IMG/VR virus record: IMGVR_UViG_3300046692_000091
Coordinates: 1 to 64,000 of that record
DNA length: 64,000 nt
Direction: 5' to 3' (one strand)
The position numbers and the translations under genes were made by a program. The notes under the pieces were generated by a model that was not told where the DNA came from, ran no database searches, and saw only the letters and a program-made list of their open reading frames with translations. This document shows, in pieces, positions 1 to 9,652 of this stretch. The stretch's first letter is position 1, and every line of letters begins with the position of its first letter.

Positions 1-1
1 T

Positions 2-1513
2 GTGTATCTCCCAGGTAACTCTGATAAGGTACCGCTCGACAAAGGTAACTTTGGCGCTTGCTGCTCTACGGAAATTGTTTATGACCCTGAGGCACGTGTT
101 ACCATTCGTTATCAAGATATCGCTGATGATAACTTCGCTTTGCCAACAGCGGTAAACACTTATAAGAACTTACCGGTGTGGGAAGATCCTATTCGTGATA
201 TCCAGGTATCCCCTGTCCGCCGTATGTTAGACTTCCGTGTTGACATTGAATATCAGTCCGAAGGGATTGTAATGGCTAAGCGTTGGTTAGATGAACAACG
301 CGCACGTGTGTCTCGTGGTGGGGCTGAACTTACACTCAAGCTCGACTACTATTACATGTTGCCTCGTCCACTGCAAGCTTTGTTGCGAGCCATGTACGAT
401 ACGATTCAATGCAGTGATTGGCCCATCGAAGAAACTTTCCAGCAGTACCTGGATAAATACTTCTGGCAATCTAACACCCATGTCTGCACATTGATCATGA
501 CCCACGAGCAGCCTGCTATTCGCGAGCGGCAATTAGATGTAGTGGGATGGTTTGACTTTACCGGTACTCCTGATACTCCGGCAGCTAACTCTGATAAAGC
601 CGGTGCTTACACGGTATCGGTTACATTCACTGTGCGGTTCGAACAACCAACCCACGTCTATGTACGCTATCCACTGGTTTGTCATCAGAACCCAATCCCT
701 AATATGTTCTGGCCTAAGGTTCAACCTAAACGCTATCAACAAGTAGACCGTAAGCAGTCTTATCTGCGTGGTCCTTTAGATAAGCGATTCGTTGCCCCTC
801 GGCCACGACACGTCCCGTACATCCAATATCCTGCAGCCAATGACTGGACTACGACTCAAAAGCCTTACGATGCATTCACGTTCTATACTGGACTGGTGAG
901 TATCGAGAAGTCTGATCGCCGTAGTTTATTGGATCTGACAAACATTGGTGATTGGTTCTTTACTCCACACTTCATGGAATACTTTACTGATAAAGGTACT
1001 AATGCCATTCTTCGTCCAGGTGGGTTGTTTAACTTCCGTCTGTATAAGAACAACGAATGGATGGATCTACAGTTAGAACTCGAACCGGGTACTACAATGA
1101 TTCGTGCACCTTTTGATCTAGACCCTACTAAGTACTATCACATCGAGATTTCTATTGATCGGAACTGGTGGGCTGTTCATGATAAGGTGTGGGATTGTCT
1201 ACGTCGTTATCCAACCGTGTTCTGGACGGTGTGTAACCTGTTCAATGTAAGTGTTGGTCGTAAGCCTATGGACGAGATGAAACTACTAGGTGTTAAGCTA
1301 CCTGAACGTTTACCGAAAGTAGGTTGTCCCGGTGAAGGCTTATCAAAGTGGACTATTGATGTTCCAGTATTCAAGACAGGTGAAGTTAAGATCGAAGACG
1401 TAACACGTGCCCGTCAAGAAATGGAAATGCGCGGTGGCCCTTGGTTTAAAGGTAACCGTAACCAGATCATGACTGTGTTGTGTGGCGATATCGTTTCAAC
1501 GAGGAAAGAATAA
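2..1513 (+). CDS. Conserved jumbo-phage virion structural protein (phiKZ gp98-like by synteny), 5' truncated by window edge
   Basis: Open frame from window start. First of four tightly packed ORFs (stop/start overlap at 1511-1515) ending at a terminator at 4929-4960. Identity inferred from size and order only. Confidence 0.5.
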   Translation: MYLPGNSDKVPLDKGNFGACCSTEIVYDPEARVTIRYQDIADDNFALPTAVNTYKNLPVWEDPIRDIQVSPVRRMLDFRVDIEYQSEGIVMAKRWLDEQRARVSRGGAELTLKLDYYYMLPRPLQALLRAMYDTIQCSDWPIEETFQQYLDKYFWQSNTHVCTLIMTHEQPAIRERQLDVVGWFDFTGTPDTPAANSDKAGAYTVSVTFTVRFEQPTHVYVRYPLVCHQNPIPNMFWPKVQPKRYQQVDRKQSYLRGPLDKRFVAPRPRHVPYIQYPAANDWTTTQKPYDAFTFYTGLVSIEKSDRRSLLDLTNIGDWFFTPHFMEYFTDKGTNAILRPGGLFNFRLYKNNEWMDLQLELEPGTTMIRAPFDLDPTKYYHIEISIDRNWWAVHDKVWDCLRRYPTVFWTVCNLFNVSVGRKPMDEMKLLGVKLPERLPKVGCPGEGLSKWTIDVPVFKTGEVKIEDVTRARQEMEMRGGPWFKGNRNQIMTVLCGDIVSTRKE

Positions 1514-2940
1514 TGCCAATCGTAGAACAAATTAAAGACCCCGGTGAACCGTGTTACGATCCGGGACAAGGCCCAGTGCCAGACGGTGCAGTGAAGATTG
1601 AATCCGAAGTCTTTCGTGGTATCACGATCGATAAAGAATATGCTCCTCCTTCTAACCTGATGCAGTGGACCAGTGGTTCGAACTGGATTGTAGATTACTG
1701 GTCACAGATTCTTAAAGCTGACCAAGAACCTACACCGCAGAACGTAGCCCGTGAACCACATGCACAACAGTATCGTTGGTTGAAAAGGATTCCATTGAAG
1801 GTTAACCAATCTTTGAATGGTGATTCTGATGATGTACTGAACGTCTGGACTCGAACAGGTGGTGGTCACACCTATGGCTTCATGACTCCTAACCAGGGTG
1901 ACATGTTTGCTGCCGGTATTGGTAATGGCCATACTGGTCTGTTTACCATCACTTCGGCTAAGCGTGTGACTATCCAGAAAGGATCGACGTATGCTATCGA
2001 GTGGAAGCAAGTCTCTGAGCTTACAGAAGAACGCTACAACGACTTGAAGCGTAAGTCTAACGAAGAGTACTGGTTCTCTGCTGCATCTGCTAACTCGGGC
2101 TGTGGTCCATTCATTTCGAATGAAGAACAAGCTCGTTCAACTATGTACGGTAAATTACTCCGCACATTGGTAGATCGTTACATCACGGATTTCTTCTCCA
2201 AAGAACATTCTACGTTCCTCGTACCAGATCAACTGTACAAGACTTATGACCATTGGGTAACCAAGGCATTCATCTCGATGGTTGATACTACGATGGATGG
2301 TCGGATGCGTAAGGTGAAAGCATTGAACGTAATGTCTGAACCAGTAATGTCTCAGCCTACTATCTGGGATGCTATTGTTCGACACGATATGGATAAGATC
2401 ACGGACTCTACTGAACGATGCCATTTGGTTAGCACCAAGATCTCTCGGTGGCGCCCTGAACTACAGGCTATCGGTTATTCAGGTATCCCTCGATTTGTGT
2501 TTCCTATGGAAGCTCCGACCGATGTGGATTCACAGTACGATGGTGAAGACCGTGCACGTCCATGGGGTATTCCATTCCATGAAGGTCAACCACGTCGCCC
2601 TCTGTCGGGTCCACATAAGACCCAGTTAGATCGTGATCTGGAATGGTTCCGTCGAGTTAAACCGGAAGAAGAAAAGAACTACTTCAATCAGATGTATCGT
2701 GTACCCGCTGATATCCACCCAGTGGTTCGTGACAACTATTATGTTTTCACGGAATCGTTCTATCGCTGTGATACTCACCTTCAATCTAAATTGGAGATGG
2801 TTACTACGACGATGATCAAAGGTGAAGAAATCGACAAAAATCAATTTGACGCATTGCTGGAGAACATCCGGTATTGGGACAACCTAGAACGGTTCTACTA
2901 CTACCCGGTGGTCATCGCATTGCTGAAGTATGCAATGTAG
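1513..2940 (+). CDS. Virion structural protein (phiKZ gp99-like by synteny)
   Basis: ATG at 1513 overlaps upstream TAA with AGGA RBS before it; about 475 aa. Confidence 0.5.
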   Translation: MPIVEQIKDPGEPCYDPGQGPVPDGAVKIESEVFRGITIDKEYAPPSNLMQWTSGSNWIVDYWSQILKADQEPTPQNVAREPHAQQYRWLKRIPLKVNQSLNGDSDDVLNVWTRTGGGHTYGFMTPNQGDMFAAGIGNGHTGLFTITSAKRVTIQKGSTYAIEWKQVSELTEERYNDLKRKSNEEYWFSAASANSGCGPFISNEEQARSTMYGKLLRTLVDRYITDFFSKEHSTFLVPDQLYKTYDHWVTKAFISMVDTTMDGRMRKVKALNVMSEPVMSQPTIWDAIVRHDMDKITDSTERCHLVSTKISRWRPELQAIGYSGIPRFVFPMEAPTDVDSQYDGEDRARPWGIPFHEGQPRRPLSGPHKTQLDRDLEWFRRVKPEEEKNYFNQMYRVPADIHPVVRDNYYVFTESFYRCDTHLQSKLEMVTTTMIKGEEIDKNQFDALLENIRYWDNLERFYYYPVVIALLKYAM

Positions 2941-2947
2941 GTAAATC

Positions 2948-3523
2948 ATGGAAAAGGCACTGATCACTCGTAACACCGCTGCATGGCGGATTTGGAACTT
3001 ACGGTTCCATGTACAAATCCCAACTCTGGCCCAATACTCCGCTGAGTACCTACGCAAGAACTACATCAACATCTCTGGTGATCGAAGTCTCGATAAACTA
3101 CGGATGAACCAACTCGTAGACGTTAAACAAACGTGTGCTGGTTTGGCGATGATTATTGCAGAAGGCTATTCGTTCTCTATCCTGAATCGTTGGGACTGTG
3201 TGCAGATGTATAGCGACATCCAAGAACACTTCAGGAATTGGTTGGACATGACGTATGGTGGTTATCCACCAGATGCATTCCCTCCTATCTCGGATATGCG
3301 CTTGTTGGAAACGGTTGCCTTAGAGATGCACTCAGAAGCACAGCGATTAGCCCCAGCGGATCGTGAGCAAGCTTCCCGTATCTTCGATGGCATCAATCGC
3401 ATGAACCGTCGACGTAACTTAGCAGCTTCTGATAAGCAGGCTCGTGACCGTGTAATGCAGGGTGGTCAGTTGAAACCATACAACTCCATGATCGATCAAA
3501 TTGAAAAGTATATCTTGGGGTGA
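2948..3523 (+). CDS. Conserved hypothetical protein (phiKZ gp100-like by synteny)
   Basis: 191-aa ORF within the operon. Confidence 0.5.
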   Translation: MEKALITRNTAAWRIWNLRFHVQIPTLAQYSAEYLRKNYINISGDRSLDKLRMNQLVDVKQTCAGLAMIIAEGYSFSILNRWDCVQMYSDIQEHFRNWLDMTYGGYPPDAFPPISDMRLLETVALEMHSEAQRLAPADREQASRIFDGINRMNRRRNLAASDKQARDRVMQGGQLKPYNSMIDQIEKYILG

Positions 3524-3527
3524 TTAA

Positions 3528-4925
3528 ATGGCTGTTGATAATACACTACTCATGCGAGAAGTTGATGACATCCGGGATAATGGCTTAGGCAATTCTGGAT
3601 GGCGGATTGATTGCCAAATCATTCTTAAAGAAACTCAATGGATCAAACCACGGAAAGTTGAATTCGAAGCACTAAACAGAGACTATGCTTCTAAGGAACA
3701 ATTCTCTGATCGGCGGATGATTCAATTCACGATGCAGCAGGGGGATTTCCAATATGACATTATTCCTAACCGGGATAACTTAATGGTGGAAGTTGTTTAC
3801 GTTCCTTTGCAATATAATTCGTCTGCTCCAGATACTACACGTAAGTCTGAAGTAAAACGTTATCGTGCTGTACTGATGTCTCAGTTCAACAATGCTCTAA
3901 CGAACAAGAATGCTCAGACCAGTTCACGAGAAGCATTGAACCAACTGGGCTTGATGCCTGTAGCAATGCAACTGATTGATGAAGCTGCATTCCGTATTAA
4001 CATGATGTCTTATGGCAATGGCTTACGTCAATGCACTACGATGATGGCTGTCCAAGAAGTATTAGCTTCTACGATGGGTGATGTTGGTACGCAGGATGCT
4101 AAACGAGTTAGCGGCATTAACTTCCAGGATGGTTTCAATACGGAGATCCGGACTGTTATGGATTTCCCTGATGGGATAATGTTGAAAGACGTACCCCATT
4201 ACATCCATGAAGAAGAAGGTGGTATTTATCCAACTGGGTTTGGTAGATACTTACAAGACCAGCATTGGTACATCTATCCACTGTACGACTCTACTCGGTA
4301 TAAGAAGAACACTAAGGTTCTGAAACTGATCAACGTTCCTAACGACCGTTATCAAGGTGCTGAACGTACGTACAAGATCGATGAGCAACATGTAACTGTG
4401 TTAGCTACAGGTGATGCGAGCTCTTTGGACAGTGGTTTAGCCGATAACCTGAAGCAAGGTAACGGTCTCCGCTTCGGGGACGTCACCAAGATGCTTGGGG
4501 AGTTCGGTACGGCGAAAGATAACAGAACCTTGATCGATCGTGCTTCTAACATCTTCGAGGTCTCTACGGGCCTCCTAGAGTCTGGTATGAACAACGTGCG
4601 CTGGGCGTATGATCGTGCTACCTCTAACCCATTCAAGCATTACTCCGAGATGGCTCGCCGTCGTGGTATGTTCTTGAAACTACAGTGGTACCATGGCGAT
4701 TCTGATTTACTGTACCCTGGAATGCCTGTTAAGTTTATGACTATCAATGACAACGATGTAGAAACATACAACGGTGTGTTATTAGGTGTAGACGAACAGC
4801 GAGGACAAGGTGACTCTAACGTGGAAGTAACATCTCACGTTGGTATTGTTACCCTCGGTGTATTCATTAACCGTAAAGAGGGTGACCCGGTGATCGTAGA
4901 TCCGGATGCTCCTCGCACAAACTAA
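3528..4925 (+). CDS. Virion structural protein (phiKZ gp101-like, possibly baseplate/tail)
   Basis: 465-aa ORF, last of operon, followed directly by hairpin terminator. Confidence 0.5.
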   Translation: MAVDNTLLMREVDDIRDNGLGNSGWRIDCQIILKETQWIKPRKVEFEALNRDYASKEQFSDRRMIQFTMQQGDFQYDIIPNRDNLMVEVVYVPLQYNSSAPDTTRKSEVKRYRAVLMSQFNNALTNKNAQTSSREALNQLGLMPVAMQLIDEAAFRINMMSYGNGLRQCTTMMAVQEVLASTMGDVGTQDAKRVSGINFQDGFNTEIRTVMDFPDGIMLKDVPHYIHEEEGGIYPTGFGRYLQDQHWYIYPLYDSTRYKKNTKVLKLINVPNDRYQGAERTYKIDEQHVTVLATGDASSLDSGLADNLKQGNGLRFGDVTKMLGEFGTAKDNRTLIDRASNIFEVSTGLLESGMNNVRWAYDRATSNPFKHYSEMARRRGMFLKLQWYHGDSDLLYPGMPVKFMTINDNDVETYNGVLLGVDEQRGQGDSNVEVTSHVGIVTLGVFINRKEGDPVIVDPDAPRTN

Positions 4926-4928
4926 CGA

Positions 4929-4960
4929 CATAAGTGCCTCCCCAACGGGAGGCGTTATGC
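4929..4960 (+). terminator. CATAA-stem-TTATG family hairpin terminator
   Basis: CATAA-GT-GCCTCCC-CAAC-GGGAGGC-G-TTATGC immediately after stop at 4925. Confidence 0.75.
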
Positions 4961-4970
4961 AGGTAATCAC

Positions 4971-5342
4971 ATGCTGGGTATTAATCACTTCATTCGCATA
5001 GAACAAGTCTGGTCTTACAACATGGTTGGTAGCCTTAAAGAAACGATGGCTATCGACATGCATGTTATCAATGATCTGTTTACCAAAGCAGCTTCTTATC
5101 TGATGGCAAAGCATAACTTTTACTTAGTGCAAGACAACCAGCAGTACAATGGCTACATGAACCAGCTCAGAGAGCATCTAGAGGGGCATTACACCGTTAC
5201 CCCTGACCATCTCATCTATTACTTCGAGAACATCTTCCGCATCATCTCACCGGCCTTGGCGCAGATCACTGATCGTATTGTTAATTGCACTACAATTACT
5301 ACAGATCAAGGAGATATTGAAGGATTCGTGTTCGGTACATAA
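4971..5342 (+). CDS. Hypothetical protein
   Basis: 123-aa ORF with AGGT RBS; true start may be a downstream ATG. Confidence 0.65.
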   Translation: MLGINHFIRIEQVWSYNMVGSLKETMAIDMHVINDLFTKAASYLMAKHNFYLVQDNQQYNGYMNQLREHLEGHYTVTPDHLIYYFENIFRIISPALAQITDRIVNCTTITTDQGDIEGFVFGT

Positions 5343-5349
5343 AACGTGG

Positions 5350-5380
5350 ATTTAAACCTTTTGAAAGGCTATATTACTAA
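5350..5380 (+). promoter_or_regulatory. phiKZ-type early (virion RNAP) promoter
   Basis: TATATTAC at 5370-5377 with upstream ATTTAAA; TATATTAC is the established phiKZ early promoter core. Confidence 0.8.
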
Positions 5381-5412
5381 CCTGAATCTAAGCCCTCAAA
5401 AGGAACTGACTT

Positions 5413-5733
5413 ATGGATACAACGTCTAAAGTTGTGCTTGGTATTACAGGTAGTATTGCTTCAATATGCGTAGCTTCATTCGCACGTATTGCGCACCGCT
5501 CTAAAGAGGCCACCAAAGCTCTTGACCAAATGGGTGTAGAAATCAGGCTCATTCAGATTCAATTCAATGATGCCGATATTTCTCACATTCAAGCCGAGCG
5601 TGCTATCGATGTAGTTGTTGATAAATACAAGCACATCTACATGTGCTACACCTTGTCAGATAAAGCTTCAGCAAATGAGTTCTTTGAAATTCATCGCGCT
5701 GGTAGCAAGAAATTGTTGGGGTTCCCAGTATGA
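5413..5733 (+). CDS. Small N-terminally membrane-anchored protein
   Basis: 106 aa; hydrophobic N-terminus VVLGITGSIASICVASFA; AAGGA RBS. Confidence 0.75.
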   Translation: MDTTSKVVLGITGSIASICVASFARIAHRSKEATKALDQMGVEIRLIQIQFNDADISHIQAERAIDVVVDKYKHIYMCYTLSDKASANEFFEIHRAGSKKLLGFPV

Positions 5734-5897
5734 GTAATGTGATTGATGATTCCGTTAACGAGCGTTACCGTAGAATGGCTGAGGGTAAGGAACCCAAGGT
5801 TACATCGCAAGACATCCTGTGGATCACACCAAAACGACTGGGCGCACTATTCACAGTGTGTCTGGTTATGACCGTTATGCTCAATGGTGTTCACTGA
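5730..5897 (+). CDS. Membrane microprotein (55 aa, below ORF-track cutoff)
   Basis: ATGA overlap with upstream stop; C-terminal hydrophobic LGALFTVCLVMTVML. Confidence 0.6.
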   Translation: MSNVIDDSVNERYRRMAEGKEPKVTSQDILWITPKRLGALFTVCLVMTVMLNGVH

Positions 5898-5901
5898 GCT
5901 T

Positions 5902-5942
5902 GATTTAAAACGATTACAGGGCTATATTACTACAGTGATAAT
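5902..5942 (+). promoter_or_regulatory. Early promoter
   Basis: GATTTAAAA...GCTATATTACTACAGTGATAAT; core at 5923-5930. Confidence 0.85.
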
Positions 5943-5968
5943 AGCCCACTAATTTAAGGAAAAGCATC

Positions 5969-6088
5969 ATGAAAAATGCGCTGATGGCTTGGATGACAGT
6001 ATCTGTTGTAGGAGTATCGATGTTGATGCTTAATGAAATAGGTCGTCGTATGCAGACCATCGACGCACGTGCTGCTAAAGCCATTTAA
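5969..6088 (+). CDS. Membrane microprotein (39 aa)
   Basis: TAAGGA RBS right after promoter; MKNALMAWMTVSVVGVSMLML. Confidence 0.6.
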   Translation: MKNALMAWMTVSVVGVSMLMLNEIGRRMQTIDARAAKAI

Positions 6089-6113
6089 TTAAATCTCTCG
6101 ATGGAGCTCTACC

Positions 6114-6425
6114 ATGAATAAGCTCGCTCTTAGTTTGGTTACTGGTGTTCTCGTTACCTGTGGTCTGGCTGCTTGGAAAATCAATGACGTCAGCAAACAA
6201 CACACCGAAGCTTTGGAGTTGTTTACCAAAGAATTCGATGCACTGCACGCATTGGTAAAGTCCGGCATGCTGTCGGTAGAAGCAGGGTTGCAAGAGTACG
6301 AAATCCTGCACGCTCGTGGTGCAGAACGTTGCTTGGCCCATACCCTCGATCGTAGTGCTACTAAACAGTGGCTCGGCGATATCCACAAGGTCAATGTTGA
6401 ATTGATCAAGACCGCTAACGTTTAA
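6114..6425 (+). CDS. Small N-anchored membrane protein
   Basis: 103 aa, GGAG RBS, N-terminal TM followed by helical domain. Confidence 0.75.
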   Translation: MNKLALSLVTGVLVTCGLAAWKINDVSKQHTEALELFTKEFDALHALVKSGMLSVEAGLQEYEILHARGAERCLAHTLDRSATKQWLGDIHKVNVELIKTANV

Positions 6426-6431
6426 CCATTC

Positions 6432-6459
6432 CATGGCGACTTCGGTCGCCAGTTATGCC
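6432..6459 (+). terminator. Hairpin terminator (family member)
   Basis: TGGCGAC-TTCG-GTCGCCA followed by GTTATGCC. Confidence 0.65.
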
Positions 6460-6482
6460 ATCCCACATTAAGGAGTTTCATC

Positions 6483-6803
6483 ATGAGTAAATTTATCGTA
6501 GGCTTTACTGTGGGTGTCGTAGTTGGCGTCGCCGCATTCGGTGCATCGCTCTGGGTCCGTCATTATAAGACAGCTCAAGCTATCGATGATCTGGTTACCG
6601 GGTTTGAAGTAATCCGTAAAGACCACAAGGCTACAAATAACAATCTTACCTTGCGTGATGTTCTGATTCGTTATGAACTGTTACTCACCGAGATCAAGGC
6701 ACGTGTTCGTGTATCTGCAATTGATCCAGAAGAAATTGAAAAGCATCTGGACAATATTGCTGAATCCCATCGCTCTATCCTGAACACCATGTCCAAATAC
6801 TGA
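6483..6803 (+). CDS. Small N-anchored membrane protein
   Basis: 106 aa, TAAGGAG RBS, Gly-rich TM FIVGFTVGVVVGVAAFG. Confidence 0.75.
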   Translation: MSKFIVGFTVGVVVGVAAFGASLWVRHYKTAQAIDDLVTGFEVIRKDHKATNNNLTLRDVLIRYELLLTEIKARVRVSAIDPEEIEKHLDNIAESHRSILNTMSKY

Positions 6804-7069
6804 TGCATCCATTAAAGGAGCCAATCGTGGCTAATGCACAAGTGCAGCAAAAACCAAAACCAGAATACGCTATCTACGGTTGTGAGATCGTTCCAGCTAC
6901 TAAGCTGTGGCCTGATCGTGAACAATGCGTAGGTAAGTTCATTGCAATGGGTCGGACTCAAGAAGAAGTTGACCCTGAGTTGCAAGGTATCCGTACCTCT
7001 CTGCTGGTCAAAGTTGACCTGGAAGCAGGTTACGTCGAAACCCTGAATTCGATCTACCGCATCAAATAG
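6803..7069 (+). CDS. Hypothetical phage protein
   Basis: 88 aa; start may be GTG near 6827 after AAGGAG. Confidence 0.7.
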   Translation: MHPLKEPIVANAQVQQKPKPEYAIYGCEIVPATKLWPDREQCVGKFIAMGRTQEEVDPELQGIRTSLLVKVDLEAGYVETLNSIYRIK

Positions 7070-7071
7070 TC

Positions 7072-7112
7072 GATTTAAAAGATTTAAACAGCTATATTAC
7101 TACAGTGATAAT
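7072..7112 (+). promoter_or_regulatory. Early promoter
   Basis: GATTTAAAAGATTTAAACAGCTATATTACTACAGTGATAAT; core at 7093-7100. Confidence 0.85.
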
Positions 7113-7138
7113 CCCCCAGTAATCTTAGGAGTTGCATC

Positions 7139-7315
7139 ATGCTTAAGCTTATTCATATCGCTGGTTTGGCCGCTTTCACCGCAGCTAATACTGCCGTGAT
7201 CGTAGAAGAAGTTAAGAAGCCTGAGCCGTTGCGCAGCAATGCGAAACTGGCTGTTGGTCTCTCCTGTGTTGCTTTGGGCGTAACTTCGCTCATGCTCTCT
7301 TTCCGTAATACCTAA
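7139..7315 (+). CDS. Two-TM microprotein (58 aa)
   Basis: AGGAG RBS; two hydrophobic segments around the loop VEEVKKPEPLRSN. Confidence 0.65.
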   Translation: MLKLIHIAGLAAFTAANTAVIVEEVKKPEPLRSNAKLAVGLSCVALGVTSLMLSFRNT

Positions 7316-7331
7316 TCTAAGGAATACAATC

Positions 7332-7511
7332 ATGATCGGTTCCATCCTTCGCGTTACCCTGCTTGGCGTTGGTACTTATGTCTACGGTCGTAGTACTGTG
7401 GTTGAACTGAAAAAGCCGTCTGGCGACCGCAATAACCTTCAGCTTGTAGTAAGTGGCGCGATTGCTGGATTGTGTGCCTGTGCGATTGCTGAGATTGTAA
7501 CCTCGAAATAA
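7332..7511 (+). CDS. Two-TM microprotein (59 aa), likely paralog of 7139-7315
   Basis: TAAGGA RBS; loop VVELKKPSGDRNN resembles that of the neighbour. Confidence 0.65.
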   Translation: MIGSILRVTLLGVGTYVYGRSTVVELKKPSGDRNNLQLVVSGAIAGLCACAIAEIVTSK

Positions 7512-7532
7512 CCCCTGCCAGGTTTGCGGCAT

Positions 7533-7560
7533 GAGTTTATAGTCTTCGGATTATAAGCTC
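7533..7560 (+). terminator. Hairpin, probable terminator
   Basis: GAGTTTATAGTC-TTCG-GATTATAAGCTC. Confidence 0.6.
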
Positions 7561-7609
7561 ACTCTAATTTAAGTTATATCAATTTTCTTTTTACCAGAGG
7601 ATACACATC

Positions 7610-7780
7610 ATGCAATTTAAAGGCATCTTCTCCAACGATCCAGCTAAAGCAATGTCGCAGAAAGACATTGATCTGCAGTCTTCCCGACTGAAATTTGTGA
7701 GTGCCGCCGGTGGTGTAATCATCATGGCTTTGGGTATTGCTTTGGGCACTGTAAAACTCGCCAATGAATTGAAAAAGTAA
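7610..7780 (+). CDS. C-terminally anchored microprotein (56 aa)
   Basis: GAGGA RBS; hydrophobic AAGGVIIMALGIALG. Confidence 0.6.
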   Translation: MQFKGIFSNDPAKAMSQKDIDLQSSRLKFVSAAGGVIIMALGIALGTVKLANELKK

Positions 7781-7848
7781 TCAGCACAATCTAATGAGAG
7801 GGATCATGTCCGATCCCTCCATTAACCAATTTCATGGGGGCCGGTTCA

Positions 7849-8325
7849 ATGGCTGAATTTATTATCGGTAAAGATATCTTCAAGGAACCTGGAGATCTTT
7901 ACATTGTCACAGTGAATACAATCGGTGTAATGGGTGCAGGTGTTGCCAAAGCATTCGCAGAACGTCATCACGATTTGTTTCTTAAATATAAACACGATTG
8001 CAAGATGAAGTCTATTACTATCGGACATCCTGCACTATACGAAGGTACGGATGGCAAGCGCTATCTAATGTTCCCCACCAAAGAGAACTGGCGGAACCCC
8101 TCAACCTACGATTACGTTGGATTAGGTCTACAGTGGATCATTGATAATATCGGTGAAGACGATGATCAGATCAATCCTAAATGGACAATGATTATACCAC
8201 CTCTCGGATGTGGCAATGGTGGCCTAGACTTCGATATCGTCTCTGAGATGATCGAAGAAGCATCACAGAAGATTCCAAACAAGATGGTTGTTGTGTATCC
8301 ACCTTGGATGAGCGGTAAACAGTGA
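7849..8325 (+). CDS. Macrodomain protein (ADP-ribose binding/hydrolase, DarG-like)
   Basis: Macro motifs TVNTIGVMGAGVAKAF, FPTKENWRNPS, IPPLGCGNGGLD. Confidence 0.9.
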   Translation: MAEFIIGKDIFKEPGDLYIVTVNTIGVMGAGVAKAFAERHHDLFLKYKHDCKMKSITIGHPALYEGTDGKRYLMFPTKENWRNPSTYDYVGLGLQWIIDNIGEDDDQINPKWTMIIPPLGCGNGGLDFDIVSEMIEEASQKIPNKMVVVYPPWMSGKQ

Positions 8326-8330
8326 TACGC

Positions 8331-8364
8331 CATAAGCGCTACCCTACGGGGTAGCCTTTATGCC
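8331..8364 (+). terminator. CATAA-stem-TTATG terminator
   Basis: CATAA-GC-GCTACCC-TACG-GGGTAGC-CT-TTATGCC. Confidence 0.8.
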
Positions 8365-8374
8365 GTGACATTGA

Positions 8375-8410
8375 AACAGAATAAACACCTATATTACTAC
8401 CTTGATAATG
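8375..8410 (+). promoter_or_regulatory. Early promoter
   Basis: CTATATTACTACCTTGATAAT; core at 8390-8397. Confidence 0.85.
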
Positions 8411-8429
8411 CACCACTAATTTAAGGATA

Positions 8430-8720
8430 ATGATCATGACCGTTGTGAAGAATCTCCTTGGCATAATTGTAGTCTGTGCCACATTTGCAGCCACCACCTA
8501 CAACCAATCCCGCTTGGATCGTAATGATGCCATGCGTCGTATCCCAAAAGAAATCGAAAGTGCGCTCAAGCACTTCGTCTTCAAGCCGACCTTCGATGAA
8601 CTGAAAGGTCAGATGGAATTCTTTAGAATTTACACCGTAATGGGTATCTTCTTTCAGAAGCACAAAGATGAGTTCATTGCAGAACTCGACAAACAAATCA
8701 AAATGGCATCTAACGGTTAA
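8430..8720 (+). CDS. Small N-anchored membrane protein
   Basis: 96 aa; TAAGGA RBS; LLGIIVVCATFAA. Confidence 0.75.
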   Translation: MIMTVVKNLLGIIVVCATFAATTYNQSRLDRNDAMRRIPKEIESALKHFVFKPTFDELKGQMEFFRIYTVMGIFFQKHKDEFIAELDKQIKMASNG

Positions 8721-8733
8721 TTAAGGAAGTTTC

Positions 8734-8913
8734 ATGAAGAATGCAGTTGGCGCAGTTGTAGCGATCGCAACCATTGGTGGCCTGGGTTATTTGGCATACT
8801 GTCGCTACATGACCAAAGTACTTGATGCTGGTACAGATCAAGTTGTCAAAGGAATGGCAAACGTTAATGTCAAAAACAATCAAGTGATTCACTTGGGCCA
8901 CACTAAGGAGTAA
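8734..8913 (+). CDS. Membrane microprotein (59 aa)
   Basis: TAAGGA RBS; AVGAVVAIATIGGLGYLAY. Confidence 0.65.
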   Translation: MKNAVGAVVAIATIGGLGYLAYCRYMTKVLDAGTDQVVKGMANVNVKNNQVIHLGHTKE

Positions 8914-8917
8914 CACC

Positions 8918-9355
8918 ATGCAGAAAGATTCACTCGCTTTCCAAATCGCTTTCTACACTGGATTGACCAAACGCATCCAAGCTGCTGGTTTCGCTCTCGG
9001 GCAGGAAACGCCATTGGTTGGCAAAACGTACAAAGGCTATCTGATCAAACAGATCCGCTGTACGATGGAAGTGCACGAAGCGTCTTACGCCGCAACGTAC
9101 ACCGACAAAGAGGGCAAGGAAGGGCATTGTGTTGAAGTGCTTCGCTTCGAAAATGACCAGGTGAAGAAATTCATCGCCCAACGTTTCAACGTAATGCTCT
9201 TCACTCGTGAAGTTATCGATGTAGCCGTAATCGGTTATGACGGCATTGCAGTTGATGGTGATCCAATCAGCTTGGGTGCAACTTCTGGTGAAAGCCAGAT
9301 GAGCCCTGATGCTCGGTTGTTCTTCGATTCTCGACTGGTAGGGAACAAGGAATGA
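8918..9355 (+). CDS. Hypothetical protein
   Basis: 145 aa with strong TAAGGAG RBS. Confidence 0.75.
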   Translation: MQKDSLAFQIAFYTGLTKRIQAAGFALGQETPLVGKTYKGYLIKQIRCTMEVHEASYAATYTDKEGKEGHCVEVLRFENDQVKKFIAQRFNVMLFTREVIDVAVIGYDGIAVDGDPISLGATSGESQMSPDARLFFDSRLVGNKE

Positions 9356-9561
9356 TGGAAGTTAACAAATGGCCTACTGCATTCTTGCGTAAGTCGGTAC
9401 AGAAGAAACTTCAGGTTAAGGAACACAACCTGTCGTACGAGGCTAGGAAAGCCACATTCGTTGGTCATCCACGGGATACTGACATCGGCCCACGTGGCCA
9501 AACTGAACTTGAAGCATCCACCGCTTTTGCTGAAACGATCCTTCAGTACAAAAGCAAATAA
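9352..9561 (+). CDS. Hypothetical protein
   Basis: 69 aa, AAGGA RBS, followed by hairpin at 9568-9583. Confidence 0.65.
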   Translation: MMEVNKWPTAFLRKSVQKKLQVKEHNLSYEARKATFVGHPRDTDIGPRGQTELEASTAFAETILQYKSK

Positions 9562-9567
9562 ACTTGT

Positions 9568-9592
9568 GGGGACTTCGGTCCCCTATAGTTTC
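9568..9592 (+). terminator. Hairpin terminator
   Basis: GGGGAC-TTCG-GTCCCC then T-rich tail. Confidence 0.6.
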
Positions 9593-9652
9593 TCTATAAT
9601 GCATCGTATCGATTTATTATAAAGACACTATCCCACATTAAGAGTAAACATC

